Source: an uncultured virus (IMG/VR IMGVR_UViG_3300032331_003338)
Lineage: Duplodnaviria > Heunggongvirae > Uroviricota > Caudoviricetes
Length of the DNA stretch: 64,000 nt
Strand: one strand, 5' to 3'
Virus record (IMG/VR): IMGVR_UViG_3300032331_003338
Positions 1 to 7,508 of this stretch are shown here, one piece after another. Positions within the stretch are counted from its first letter, which is position 1; each line of letters opens with the position of its first letter. Both the position numbers and the translations under genes were made by a program. The notes under the pieces were generated by a model. It was given only the letters and a program-made list of their open reading frames with translations, made no database searches and was not told the DNA's origin.

Positions 1-1
1 C

Positions 2-706
2 ACCCTGAAGTCGCAGTTTGCGATTACCCAGGGCGGCGCTCCGGGGCAGCAGGGCCTTTCGACTGAGCTTGAGGGTGGCGTAACCGCTATCGCCAAGAAG
101 CTTCAGAAGACCCTCTTCCAGGGAAACGCTGACACGACTGCTTCGGCAGGTACCGCAACTGAGCTTGGAGCCTACGACGCAAACGGCTTCACTGGTCTTC
201 GCAAGCTCCTCGGGGCTGCGGCGGCTACGGCTCAGATTGTCAACAAGGGCACGGCTGCCTATCTCGCAACGATCAACGACAACGTTGCCAGCATCTTGAA
301 TGCCGGTGGCAACCCGTCCGCGATCCTCTGCACGCCTGCTGACTACGCTGGTCTGGTGAATGAGCTGACGAATCTCGTCCGCTACAACGCCCCAGCGCAG
401 ACCGCACAGACCGCTGGCGCGACCTTCGGGTCGGTCGTCACGGCTGCCGGCGAGCTCCCAATCCTTGCCGTCCCAGGGGACAGCATCGGTGGGTATACGG
501 TTAGCTCGGTAAACTACCGCGATATGTACGTGGTAGACGAGTCAGTCTGGTCGATGCCGTACCTTGGTTCGGACTCAATCACGACGCTCGAGATCCCAGT
601 CGGAACGAACGGTTCCCTGTCACGCCTCTACATCATGTACTGCATGTATGGCTTGGCGAACAAGGCTCCTCAGTTCAACGGTAAGATCCGAGTCACGACC
701 GCGTAA
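2..706 (+). CDS. Major capsid protein, 5' truncated by window edge
   Basis: Frame is open from nt 2 (TLKSQFAITQGG...KKLQKTLFQGN...NGFTGLRKLL...YCMYGLANKAPQFNGKI), an HK97-fold capsid-like C-terminus. Followed by a strong terminator and head-tail genes. Confidence 0.85.
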   Translation, partial: TLKSQFAITQGGAPGQQGLSTELEGGVTAIAKKLQKTLFQGNADTTASAGTATELGAYDANGFTGLRKLLGAAAATAQIVNKGTAAYLATINDNVASILNAGGNPSAILCTPADYAGLVNELTNLVRYNAPAQTAQTAGATFGSVVTAAGELPILAVPGDSIGGYTVSSVNYRDMYVVDESVWSMPYLGSDSITTLEIPVGTNGSLSRLYIMYCMYGLANKAPQFNGKIRVTTA

Positions 707-729
707 GCGATCGTTTTGTAGACTTAGTG

Positions 730-766
730 AAGGGGGGCGGGGGAAACCCCGCTCCCCTTTGCTTTT
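730..766 (+). terminator. Rho-independent terminator after capsid gene
   Basis: AAGGGGGGCGGGG-GAAA-CCCCGCTCCCCTT stem-loop followed by TGCTTTT. Confidence 0.85.
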
Positions 767-775
767 GGTGGGAAT

Positions 776-1006
776 ATGGCAAAGCGAAGAAAAAATAGAA
801 AGATATCTCATCACGAAGTAATGGCAAAAAAGGCAATTGCTTATGCTATTGCGCAAAACCCCGAATATTTGGTAGAAATTCACTGGGAATACGGAAACGC
901 AATTATGCTTTCCAATGGAACGTCTATTCGATTTGAGAATGGTCGGGCCAAAATTCCCCTTCGCCTCCTTCCGGAGGTTGAGCAGCACGGGTGCAGGCGC
1001 ATCTAA
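776..1006 (+). CDS. Hypothetical protein
   Basis: 76 aa, GGTGGGA SD-like sequence upstream, lies in the structural gene run. Confidence 0.6.
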   Translation: MAKRRKNRKISHHEVMAKKAIAYAIAQNPEYLVEIHWEYGNAIMLSNGTSIRFENGRAKIPLRLLPEVEQHGCRRI

Positions 1007-1020
1007 TAAGGAGAATCATC

Positions 1021-1341
1021 ATGGTAGATTTCACGGATCTTTTTGGTAACGAAAACACTGAAGCAGAGGTCGAGGAAGAGGTGGTTGCTCCTGTCGTTGA
1101 GGCAGCGCCAGCCCCTGTCGTGACGCAAGCACCGGCTCGTGTCGCATCAAATGTCCAGGTTTCTGCCGCAAGCGCGGACGAATGGGAAGTTGCCCCTGGC
1201 GTTTGGCAGATTGTAACTCCAGTCACTGGTGCATTTACTCTCCCAGACGGAACATGGGTTCGACCAACGGAAAGCAACGGGGTTTCCCGTGCGGCAGTTC
1301 CAGCCCAGTGGGTTGAGTACGTTCGGGCCCTTCGGGGATAA
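1021..1341 (+). CDS. Hypothetical protein with acidic, Ala/Pro/Val-rich N-terminus
   Basis: ATG at 1021 after AGGAG; MVDFTDLFGNE... Confidence 0.7.
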   Translation: MVDFTDLFGNENTEAEVEEEVVAPVVEAAPAPVVTQAPARVASNVQVSAASADEWEVAPGVWQIVTPVTGAFTLPDGTWVRPTESNGVSRAAVPAQWVEYVRALRG

Positions 1342-1395
1342 TTCGTAGGCAGTCCAATCCTGGACCGCTGAGCAGAGAAAGGCGATAATAGGCAT

Positions 1396-2319
1396 ATGGC
1401 AACTCTTTTGAAGCTCAGCGTTCCCGGGATTGTGACCGACATCGCCACGTATAACCGCCTGCAGGTTGGGCGGGCTACGAACGAGGCTGACGCCACTGCG
1501 CGCACAGGAACCTGGGAGCTCATTGAATATCAAGCCTTAATATCTAACGTTTCAACTTATGAATATACCGACGCAAGCGGGTCTTCTGTACATTGGTACT
1601 CATATCGACTAAATCATTCCGGGACTAATGCCTCGGGATCGTTTTCTACCCCCGAAGTTGGCCGAGTGTACGGCTACATTAGTGTCGGAGAGTTTAAAGA
1701 ATACGAGATTGGTGATTTGTTTAATCCCGACGGCACTGAGGTATCGGATTCAAAGATTCGCCAGATGGTGAAAATGGCAAGCTCTATGATTGACTCATTT
1801 GTTGGCTATTCTTTCGATCACCGTAGATCTACCGAGAAGCATCGTTGGGATCAGCGGACACGAAGAATATATCCAATTCATAAGGGCATCCGGTCGGTTG
1901 ACTCAGTAAGGATTCACGTAAGCGCGATGCAGTCTGCTGCGTTTACGGTCAATGACATCTTTATCAATGACGACCGTGGATATGTTGAAATCACGTCTCT
2001 TGCCAACGTAACCTATTCGCTTTTCCCGGCTATTGTTGCCCTTGGCATGATTGAGCCAGTCGCAGAAATAACCTACACCCATGGGGATAATGCTCCACCC
2101 CAGGATATTAAGGACGCAACTGCGTTGATTGTTGTTGATCTTCTTGCAAAAGATTCCCTTGCAAAGCAGGGGATGCAGGGGATCTCGCGTTTGCGTGTTG
2201 GCGAAATGGAAATCTACGCAGACCCTGCCTCTGTCGGTCCGGCCAGGGTTCCGCTTGCTGCAATCCCGCAAGCCGCGATCCTTATGCTTGACCCATATGT
2301 AAGGACTTCAATTCGATGA
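1396..2319 (+). CDS. Head-tail adaptor/connector with an N-terminal beta-rich extension
   Basis: Y.SV.EFK, ASSMIDSFVGYSF, ITYTHG...PQDIKDATALIV and IPQAAILMLDPY motifs are typical of adaptor proteins; position after capsid. Confidence 0.75.
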   Translation: MATLLKLSVPGIVTDIATYNRLQVGRATNEADATARTGTWELIEYQALISNVSTYEYTDASGSSVHWYSYRLNHSGTNASGSFSTPEVGRVYGYISVGEFKEYEIGDLFNPDGTEVSDSKIRQMVKMASSMIDSFVGYSFDHRRSTEKHRWDQRTRRIYPIHKGIRSVDSVRIHVSAMQSAAFTVNDIFINDDRGYVEITSLANVTYSLFPAIVALGMIEPVAEITYTHGDNAPPQDIKDATALIVVDLLAKDSLAKQGMQGISRLRVGEMEIYADPASVGPARVPLAAIPQAAILMLDPYVRTSIR

Positions 2320-2639
2320 TTCCTGGCCTTTTTACTATCGTATCTCTCACAAGGCCAGGGCTCACCGGCCAAGATGCAATGGGCAGTCCCATCATTGCCA
2401 ACGCCAGCGTATGGACAAAGCGCGGTCACTATCAGCAAAGCTATCACCAGGAAGGCATCGGCCCAACCGGCAGGTCAACAAAGGATGTTTATAAGTTCTG
2501 GCTTCCATTTGCCACGGGCGACTATCGCCCCCAGGTCGGAGATATCCTGAGCGCAGACAGCCGCAGCTATACCGTAGTTGAAACAGCTCAAGAGAGCCTC
2601 CGCCATCACCTTCTTGTCATTACCCGAATCACAGAGTAG
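2316..2639 (+). CDS. Head closure/stopper protein
   Basis: 107 aa, QDAMG...PQVGDIL...YTV...HHL pattern; ATGA overlap with the adaptor gene. Confidence 0.7.
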   Translation: MIPGLFTIVSLTRPGLTGQDAMGSPIIANASVWTKRGHYQQSYHQEGIGPTGRSTKDVYKFWLPFATGDYRPQVGDILSADSRSYTVVETAQESLRHHLLVITRITE

Positions 2640-2641
2640 CC

Positions 2642-3337
2642 ATGGCAAAGGGCTCGGTCACATTCAATATCAAGGCCGCCGAGAGTAGCCTTAGGGCCGT
2701 CCGTAAGACCCTCCAGGAGTCAGTTGACCATCTCAACCCAACATTCCAGGCAGTGGCCGTAGAAATCGTGCAAAACGCCGTCTACGGCGGTCCTAACAGC
2801 CTTGCCGGCATGGCGTCGGAGCTTGCACCCATAGATACCGGGGCGCTGCAGGCTGGCCTTGCCTCCCCAGACTCTAGCGAGGAGTTTGATAAAGGCCGAT
2901 CATCTCAGAGCGTCTTTTCGGTCTCACCAATGGGCAAAGGTGGAGTTCAGTATGTTTCTGTGACCTACGGCACTGACCCGAAGAGGGATGACGGCACCGG
3001 ATATGCTCAATACGTAAAAGAGGATTTCCTATCTGCCCCAGCGGCAAAGTTCCGAACGAATATGGCCAGGCTTGGTACTGACATATCGCAGGCCATTGCA
3101 GCAGTCATTGCAGCCAACGTTCGCGTGGCAGCATCGACCTCCGGAACATACTCAGCTGCGAAAACTCGACTTAGCCCAACAAGCGTATTGAGATTGCTCA
3201 AGCAGTTCGGATCAAGTCCAATAGAGACAACAAGCGGAAGAGGGTATGGGTACCGCAGACTTGCATCAATGTCGCGGTCCCAATACCTCAAGATCATGCG
3301 CCAGCGGCGCTATCTTGCCGGCAAACGATCTAGCTAA
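2642..3337 (+). CDS. HK97 gp10-like neck/tail completion protein with Arg-rich C-terminal extension
   Basis: APIDTGALQ and YAQYV motifs; synteny. Confidence 0.7.
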   Translation: MAKGSVTFNIKAAESSLRAVRKTLQESVDHLNPTFQAVAVEIVQNAVYGGPNSLAGMASELAPIDTGALQAGLASPDSSEEFDKGRSSQSVFSVSPMGKGGVQYVSVTYGTDPKRDDGTGYAQYVKEDFLSAPAAKFRTNMARLGTDISQAIAAVIAANVRVAASTSGTYSAAKTRLSPTSVLRLLKQFGSSPIETTSGRGYGYRRLASMSRSQYLKIMRQRRYLAGKRSS

Positions 3338-4598
3338 GCCTAATCAGGTACTCAGCCGTAACGCCTTCTTTATGCTGGAAAAGCAGCCATTGGCAAGGCT
3401 CGCCAGCTGATGCAAGTTGCTCCTGAGCGTAGGTGTTCGAACTTTCGGTCGACCCGCCGCTCCAGTGAGTAATCCCGTTTAAGTACATCCTTGTTGGCGT
3501 ATGGAAGTGTCCAGCGGCGCTATAGTCAAATCGCGCTACCGTCATGTTCCAACCCTGAAGCTTTTTGCCAAACCCATACCATGGGAATCCAGCAAAGCCC
3601 CCACCAACTTGGTCACCGTGGAATAGGAACCACGTCTTGCCCTTTACTTCGTCTGCCGCGAACCAGGCACGCTCGCCCTCAGCAAGAGTTTCAACCCATT
3701 CGACGTTCTCCTGGCCCTTAAGCAGCATTGATGCAATGCGATACATCATTGCGTCTGCATTGCTCTCTGGGTGGAATGTTCCCTTTCGACCAAGGCGGCC
3801 ATGGTTGCCAATGACGCCAACAACTTTGATCTTTTCAAAATCGCTAGAAAGTTTTCTAACCAGGCCGGCAAGGATTTCCCCGCCGTGGAAAATCTGGTTA
3901 TAAAGCGAAGCATCAACTAGGTGCGCCTGCCCAGGGAAAATGTCTTCTCCCTCAATGAGGTCACCAAGAAGGTAAATTCTTAGCTCACGCACTGGGTGCG
4001 CCTTGCGCTGGATATCAACGAGCTTCTGGACCTTATCGGCAAGCTGCTTGATTCGGTCAGCGCAAACCTCTGAGTTATAGGTTGGCGTAATCTTTCCAAG
4101 CTGCCAATCTGAGAGCAGCAAAATCGCTGTCTCATCATCGCCCTTGCGGCCGTCATGCTTTGGCGCCTTTACCTGCTCAATATTAATCGCCGCCGCGGCC
4201 TCTCGTGCTGCCTGGTAAACAGCCTCAATCAGCTCTTGCTTTTCACGATCTTTGTCATCAAGCTTTCGAAGGGCCTTGCGATGCGCTGCCTTGAGGCGCT
4301 CGATTTCAGAGGTCGCCTCGTATGCTGCATTTTCTCGCTCAGCAATTGAGCTAATAATGTCCGGCGTCATGCCAGAATTAATCTTATCTCGGAGTGATCC
4401 CGGTACCGCACTTGGCTTCCCGCCGTTGTTGATTCTCTTGTCAACAAACGATGCCTTGCCGCGAAGCAAATTGTTGCGCATGATTCTCCAGGAATCCCTG
4501 CTGCGGTCTGGGTGCGAAGCAGAGAATGCTTCGTACGTCATGTTTATTGCATCCTGTTTTTCCTGCGCGGTCCATGACCGCACGGAGAACTCTGGCAT
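3330..4598 (-). CDS. Calcineurin-like metallophosphoesterase with N-terminal helical/coiled-coil region
   Basis: All five motifs are present: SDWQLG, GDLIEG, GNHGR, FHGD, GHFH. Confidence 0.85.
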   Translation of the reverse strand: MPEFSVRSWTAQEKQDAINMTYEAFSASHPDRSRDSWRIMRNNLLRGKASFVDKRINNGGKPSAVPGSLRDKINSGMTPDIISSIAERENAAYEATSEIERLKAAHRKALRKLDDKDREKQELIEAVYQAAREAAAAINIEQVKAPKHDGRKGDDETAILLLSDWQLGKITPTYNSEVCADRIKQLADKVQKLVDIQRKAHPVRELRIYLLGDLIEGEDIFPGQAHLVDASLYNQIFHGGEILAGLVRKLSSDFEKIKVVGVIGNHGRLGRKGTFHPESNADAMMYRIASMLLKGQENVEWVETLAEGERAWFAADEVKGKTWFLFHGDQVGGGFAGFPWYGFGKKLQGWNMTVARFDYSAAGHFHTPTRMYLNGITHWSGGSTESSNTYAQEQLASAGEPCQWLLFQHKEGVTAEYLIRLS

Positions 4599-4627
4599 GA
4601 AAAACTCCTTTGCCGAGGGAGGAAAGA

Positions 4628-4810
4628 CTACTTCTTCCCAGCCGGCTTCTTCTTGGCCGTCTTAGCTGCAGACTTGGCCTTGGGCTTTGGTGCCCGCTCT
4701 ACAAGAGGCTCAGGAGAGCCCAAGAGCTTCAGTTCAACCACGTGGATGGCTCTCTTTAGCGCCTTTTCCACAACTTTTCGTACTCGGTTCACTATCTTCT
4801 TCATGTTCAT
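4628..4810 (-). CDS. Small basic protein with Lys/Ala-rich tail
   Basis: MNMKKIVNRVRK...KPKAKSAAKTAKKKPAGKK; GAAGGG upstream. Confidence 0.65.
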   Translation of the reverse strand: MNMKKIVNRVRKVVEKALKRAIHVVELKLLGSPEPLVERAPKPKAKSAAKTAKKKPAGKK

Positions 4811-4840
4811 TTCCCTTCCGCCCGTCCTTGGGCAGTTCCT

Positions 4841-4851
4841 AGCATACCACA
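4841..4851 (-). promoter_or_regulatory. Extended -10 promoter for the antisense cassette
   Basis: TGTGGTATGCT on the minus strand. Confidence 0.55.
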
Positions 4852-4935
4852 TCTGTTAGCGATGCCATCATGGGCGTAATGCGCGCAGAAGGGGCACGCC
4901 TAGATTGTATGCGTGAATAAATATACCATGGCACC

Positions 4936-5334
4936 ATGACCGGAGTATACGAGGCTTTCTTCAGTGCTTTGAGCGGGGATGCCACGCTGCAGACCCTGCT
5001 TTCCGGCACGCAAACGGACAAAAAGGTATATCCCATCAACTTTACGGGTAAAAGTGGCCCTCCGGCCATCCGCGTAGCCATTCTTGGCGGCGGGAGCGAT
5101 GTTGGGTTCGGGATTGACCGTCCAATTGTGGATATTGTAATAGTGAGCAAAATCAGCGCCGCAGAGATAAATACTATTGGCAACAGGGTAGATATAGTGC
5201 TTAATAGGAAGCGTCTTGCGGGTCCAAATGGGGCTGTGCTGCATTTGTCACACAAGATAACGCAAAGGGACTTTTTCGATGACCCAAGCTTGGAATACCG
5301 GCGTGTGATCCGGTACAGCGTCATCAAAACATAA
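4936..5334 (+). CDS. Tail terminator/completion protein (gp17/DUF3168-like)
   Basis: 132 aa; L..DATLQTLL...KVYP...P.I pattern; immediately upstream of the tail tube genes. Confidence 0.7.
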   Translation: MTGVYEAFFSALSGDATLQTLLSGTQTDKKVYPINFTGKSGPPAIRVAILGGGSDVGFGIDRPIVDIVIVSKISAAEINTIGNRVDIVLNRKRLAGPNGAVLHLSHKITQRDFFDDPSLEYRRVIRYSVIKT

Positions 5335-5346
5335 GGGAGAAAACAA

Positions 5347-6009
5347 ATGCTTACACTTGGATCTGGTGTAGTCAAGGTGGCGTTCTGGAAGTCCGGAGCG
5401 GTCATCGGACAGACCTCAAACTATTTTGCTAGCACTTCAGGCTACGGCAACACGGGCCAGCTCGTGACCGTTGGTGAAGTCGGCGGCGATGTCGAGTTCG
5501 ACATTAACTTCCAGGAGCGAGAGTTCTACGGCCAGTCAAACTTCCCAATCGCTAAGGCGTTCTTCGGCGGCAAGGCCGACATTCGCGCCCGCGGTGTGGA
5601 AATCAACTGGGACAACGTAAAGAACCTGTTCCATGTATCGCTTGGTGAGGGCACCACGCTTGACTCAACGGCGTATGCCTATGCACACGACGACTTTACT
5701 GGCGGATCGTACTCCGTCAACTTCGACCCAGACGGCGGGCGACCAAACTCATCGATTGCGAATGTGACGGCCCTGATGGGTCTGCCACGTCCTCTGTACG
5801 TTAAGTTTGAGCACATCCGTTCAGACGATCCATCGAAGTCAGTGATAATCCATTTGCCAAAGGCGTACAGCATGCAGCTCATGATGCCGTTCACCCGTGA
5901 AGACATTGCCCGACAGGACATTGACTTCTCGGCTGTTGTGGACCGCGACTGCAAGGTCACGTCAGGCTCTTCGAGCGCGACCCCATCGGTCGTACTCATC
6001 GAGGCGTAA
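5347..6009 (+). CDS. Major tail tube protein, copy 1
   Basis: GDVEFDINFQEREFYGQSNFPIAKAFFGGK...PFTREDIA..DIDFSA; between terminator and chaperone genes. Confidence 0.8.
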   Translation: MLTLGSGVVKVAFWKSGAVIGQTSNYFASTSGYGNTGQLVTVGEVGGDVEFDINFQEREFYGQSNFPIAKAFFGGKADIRARGVEINWDNVKNLFHVSLGEGTTLDSTAYAYAHDDFTGGSYSVNFDPDGGRPNSSIANVTALMGLPRPLYVKFEHIRSDDPSKSVIIHLPKAYSMQLMMPFTREDIARQDIDFSAVVDRDCKVTSGSSSATPSVVLIEA

Positions 6010-6030
6010 TAGAAAGAGGGGGTTACAAAT

Positions 6031-6894
6031 ATGTTTACACTTGGTAGCGGTCGACTTCAGGTTGGTACCTGGATTTCCGGCGGTCTTTATACTCAGGTCA
6101 CCGGCGTATCTGTGACCCCCTCAACTGCCTCGGGTTCTCTCCCTGCCGGCACGTACTACGTACGTGTCGCAGGGAAGAATGCCGCTGGCACAGCCAGCCC
6201 TTCGGATACGTACATTACTGTACTTTCTGCAACTGGCAAGCTTACAATCAATTGGAGCGCGCTCACTGGAGCAAGCAGCGGTTATGACGTTTATGTTGGC
6301 ACTGTCATCAACTATGACTGGAAGCAGGGCTCTGTTGCCGCCGGCACCACGACCTTTGAGCTGACGGCTCTTGTGGACCCTGCAGGGGCAGACCTTGCGC
6401 AATATAAGGGCATGCAGGATATTGGTGAAATTGGTGGCGACGTTGAATTTGACATCAGCTACCAGGAACGTGAGTTCTTTGGCCAGTACAACTTCCCTAT
6501 TGCAAAGGCCCACTTCGGTGGCAAGTCTGGCATCCGAGTTCGGGGCCTTGAGCTTGACCCTATGCGATTCTCAAAGCTTTTTAGCACCACTGTGACGAAT
6601 AATGCAAGCACGTCGATTTACCCGGGCACGCTGACGTTCCGCGAAAGCCTAAACTTTGGCACCGCGGCGGTTAACGCGCTTGACCTCTCAATGCTCCGGA
6701 ATCGACCTGTTCGATGCGCCTTCTCGCACACGCGATCTGACGACCCTTCGAAGTCTGTCAATATCGTCGCGCACAAGGCATGCATTTACCAGCATAATAT
6801 TCCGTTTACACGTGAGGACATCATCAAGGTTGATCTTGAGTTCAACCTACAGTATGATTCCAGCACGGCGCAGATCGTGACAATCACGGCCTAA
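6031..6894 (+). CDS. Major tail tube protein, copy 2, with internal Ig/FnIII-like insertion
   Basis: Clear paralog of copy 1 (GDVEFDISYQEREFFGQYNFPIAKAHFGGK, RSDDPSKSV, PFTREDI), plus insertion GTYYVRV...LTINWSALTGASSGYDVYVG. Confidence 0.8.
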   Translation: MFTLGSGRLQVGTWISGGLYTQVTGVSVTPSTASGSLPAGTYYVRVAGKNAAGTASPSDTYITVLSATGKLTINWSALTGASSGYDVYVGTVINYDWKQGSVAAGTTTFELTALVDPAGADLAQYKGMQDIGEIGGDVEFDISYQEREFFGQYNFPIAKAHFGGKSGIRVRGLELDPMRFSKLFSTTVTNNASTSIYPGTLTFRESLNFGTAAVNALDLSMLRNRPVRCAFSHTRSDDPSKSVNIVAHKACIYQHNIPFTREDIIKVDLEFNLQYDSSTAQIVTITA

Positions 6895-6936
6895 TCGCCT
6901 AGCTGTAGCGGCCCTTAGGGGCCAGGAGTAGTTCAC

Positions 6937-7230
6937 ATGGCTAGCCTTAATGAAGTGCGCCCAACGCGGGTGCTCACCCTCAATGACCTCGCTGACATCG
7001 AGGATAAGTTCGGAGGTCTTGACAAGGTTGACCTTACGAAGTTCACTGTACTTCGCTACATTTTGTGGCTTGTCCTTAAGAAGGATGACGCCAAGCTTGA
7101 TGAGCGAACAGTTGGTGATCAGTTTTCACTAGACACAATGCGGGAAGAGATCGATAAGGTACTTCGCTCCAGCGGCTTGATCGGCGCGGCCGACGAAGAA
7201 GGCGCTGAGGGAAAAGTAGCGGGGGCGTAA
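6937..7230 (+). CDS. Tail assembly chaperone (gpG analogue)
   Basis: 97-aa acidic protein between tube and TMP genes, ending ...EGK at a slippery site. Confidence 0.8.
   Translation: MASLNEVRPTRVLTLNDLADIEDKFGGLDKVDLTKFTVLRYILWLVLKKDDAKLDERTVGDQFSLDTMREEIDKVLRSSGLIGAADEEGAEGKVAGA
7209..7215 (+). other. Programmed -1 ribosomal frameshift site G GGA AAA
   Basis: Canonical X XXY YYZ in the correct frame; the -1 frame stays open into ORF 7260-7493. Confidence 0.85.
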
Positions 7231-7493
7231 GCTGGGGAGAGATTGACTGGGGGTCAATCATGGCATCGTACGCAGATGCTTTTGGTTACACCCCAACGGA
7301 GTTTATGCAACTAACGCTCCCACAGCTGAACGCTTACGCAAAGTACGTTGAGAAGCGAGACGATCAAATGAAGAGCGAATCGAAATCAACCCCCGCAAAA
7401 AATAAGGCAAAGTTTGCTGATGGCAAGTCAGGGATGAAAACAATTCAATCCCTTGACCACCTGGCACAAGTATTTGGAAAGCCAGGAGCATAA
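7209..7493 (+). CDS. Frameshift extension of the tail chaperone (gpT analogue)
   Basis: GKSSGGVSWGEIDWGSIMASYADAFGYTPTEFMQLTLPQL, matching the G.TP.EF..LT..Q pattern. Confidence 0.8.
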   Translation, partial: GKSSGGVSWGEIDWGSIMASYADAFGYTPTEFMQLTLPQLNAYAKYVEKRDDQMKSESKSTPAKNKAKFADGKSGMKTIQSLDHLAQVFGKPGA

Positions 7494-7508
7494 CCGGGGG
7501 GAGCGCAC

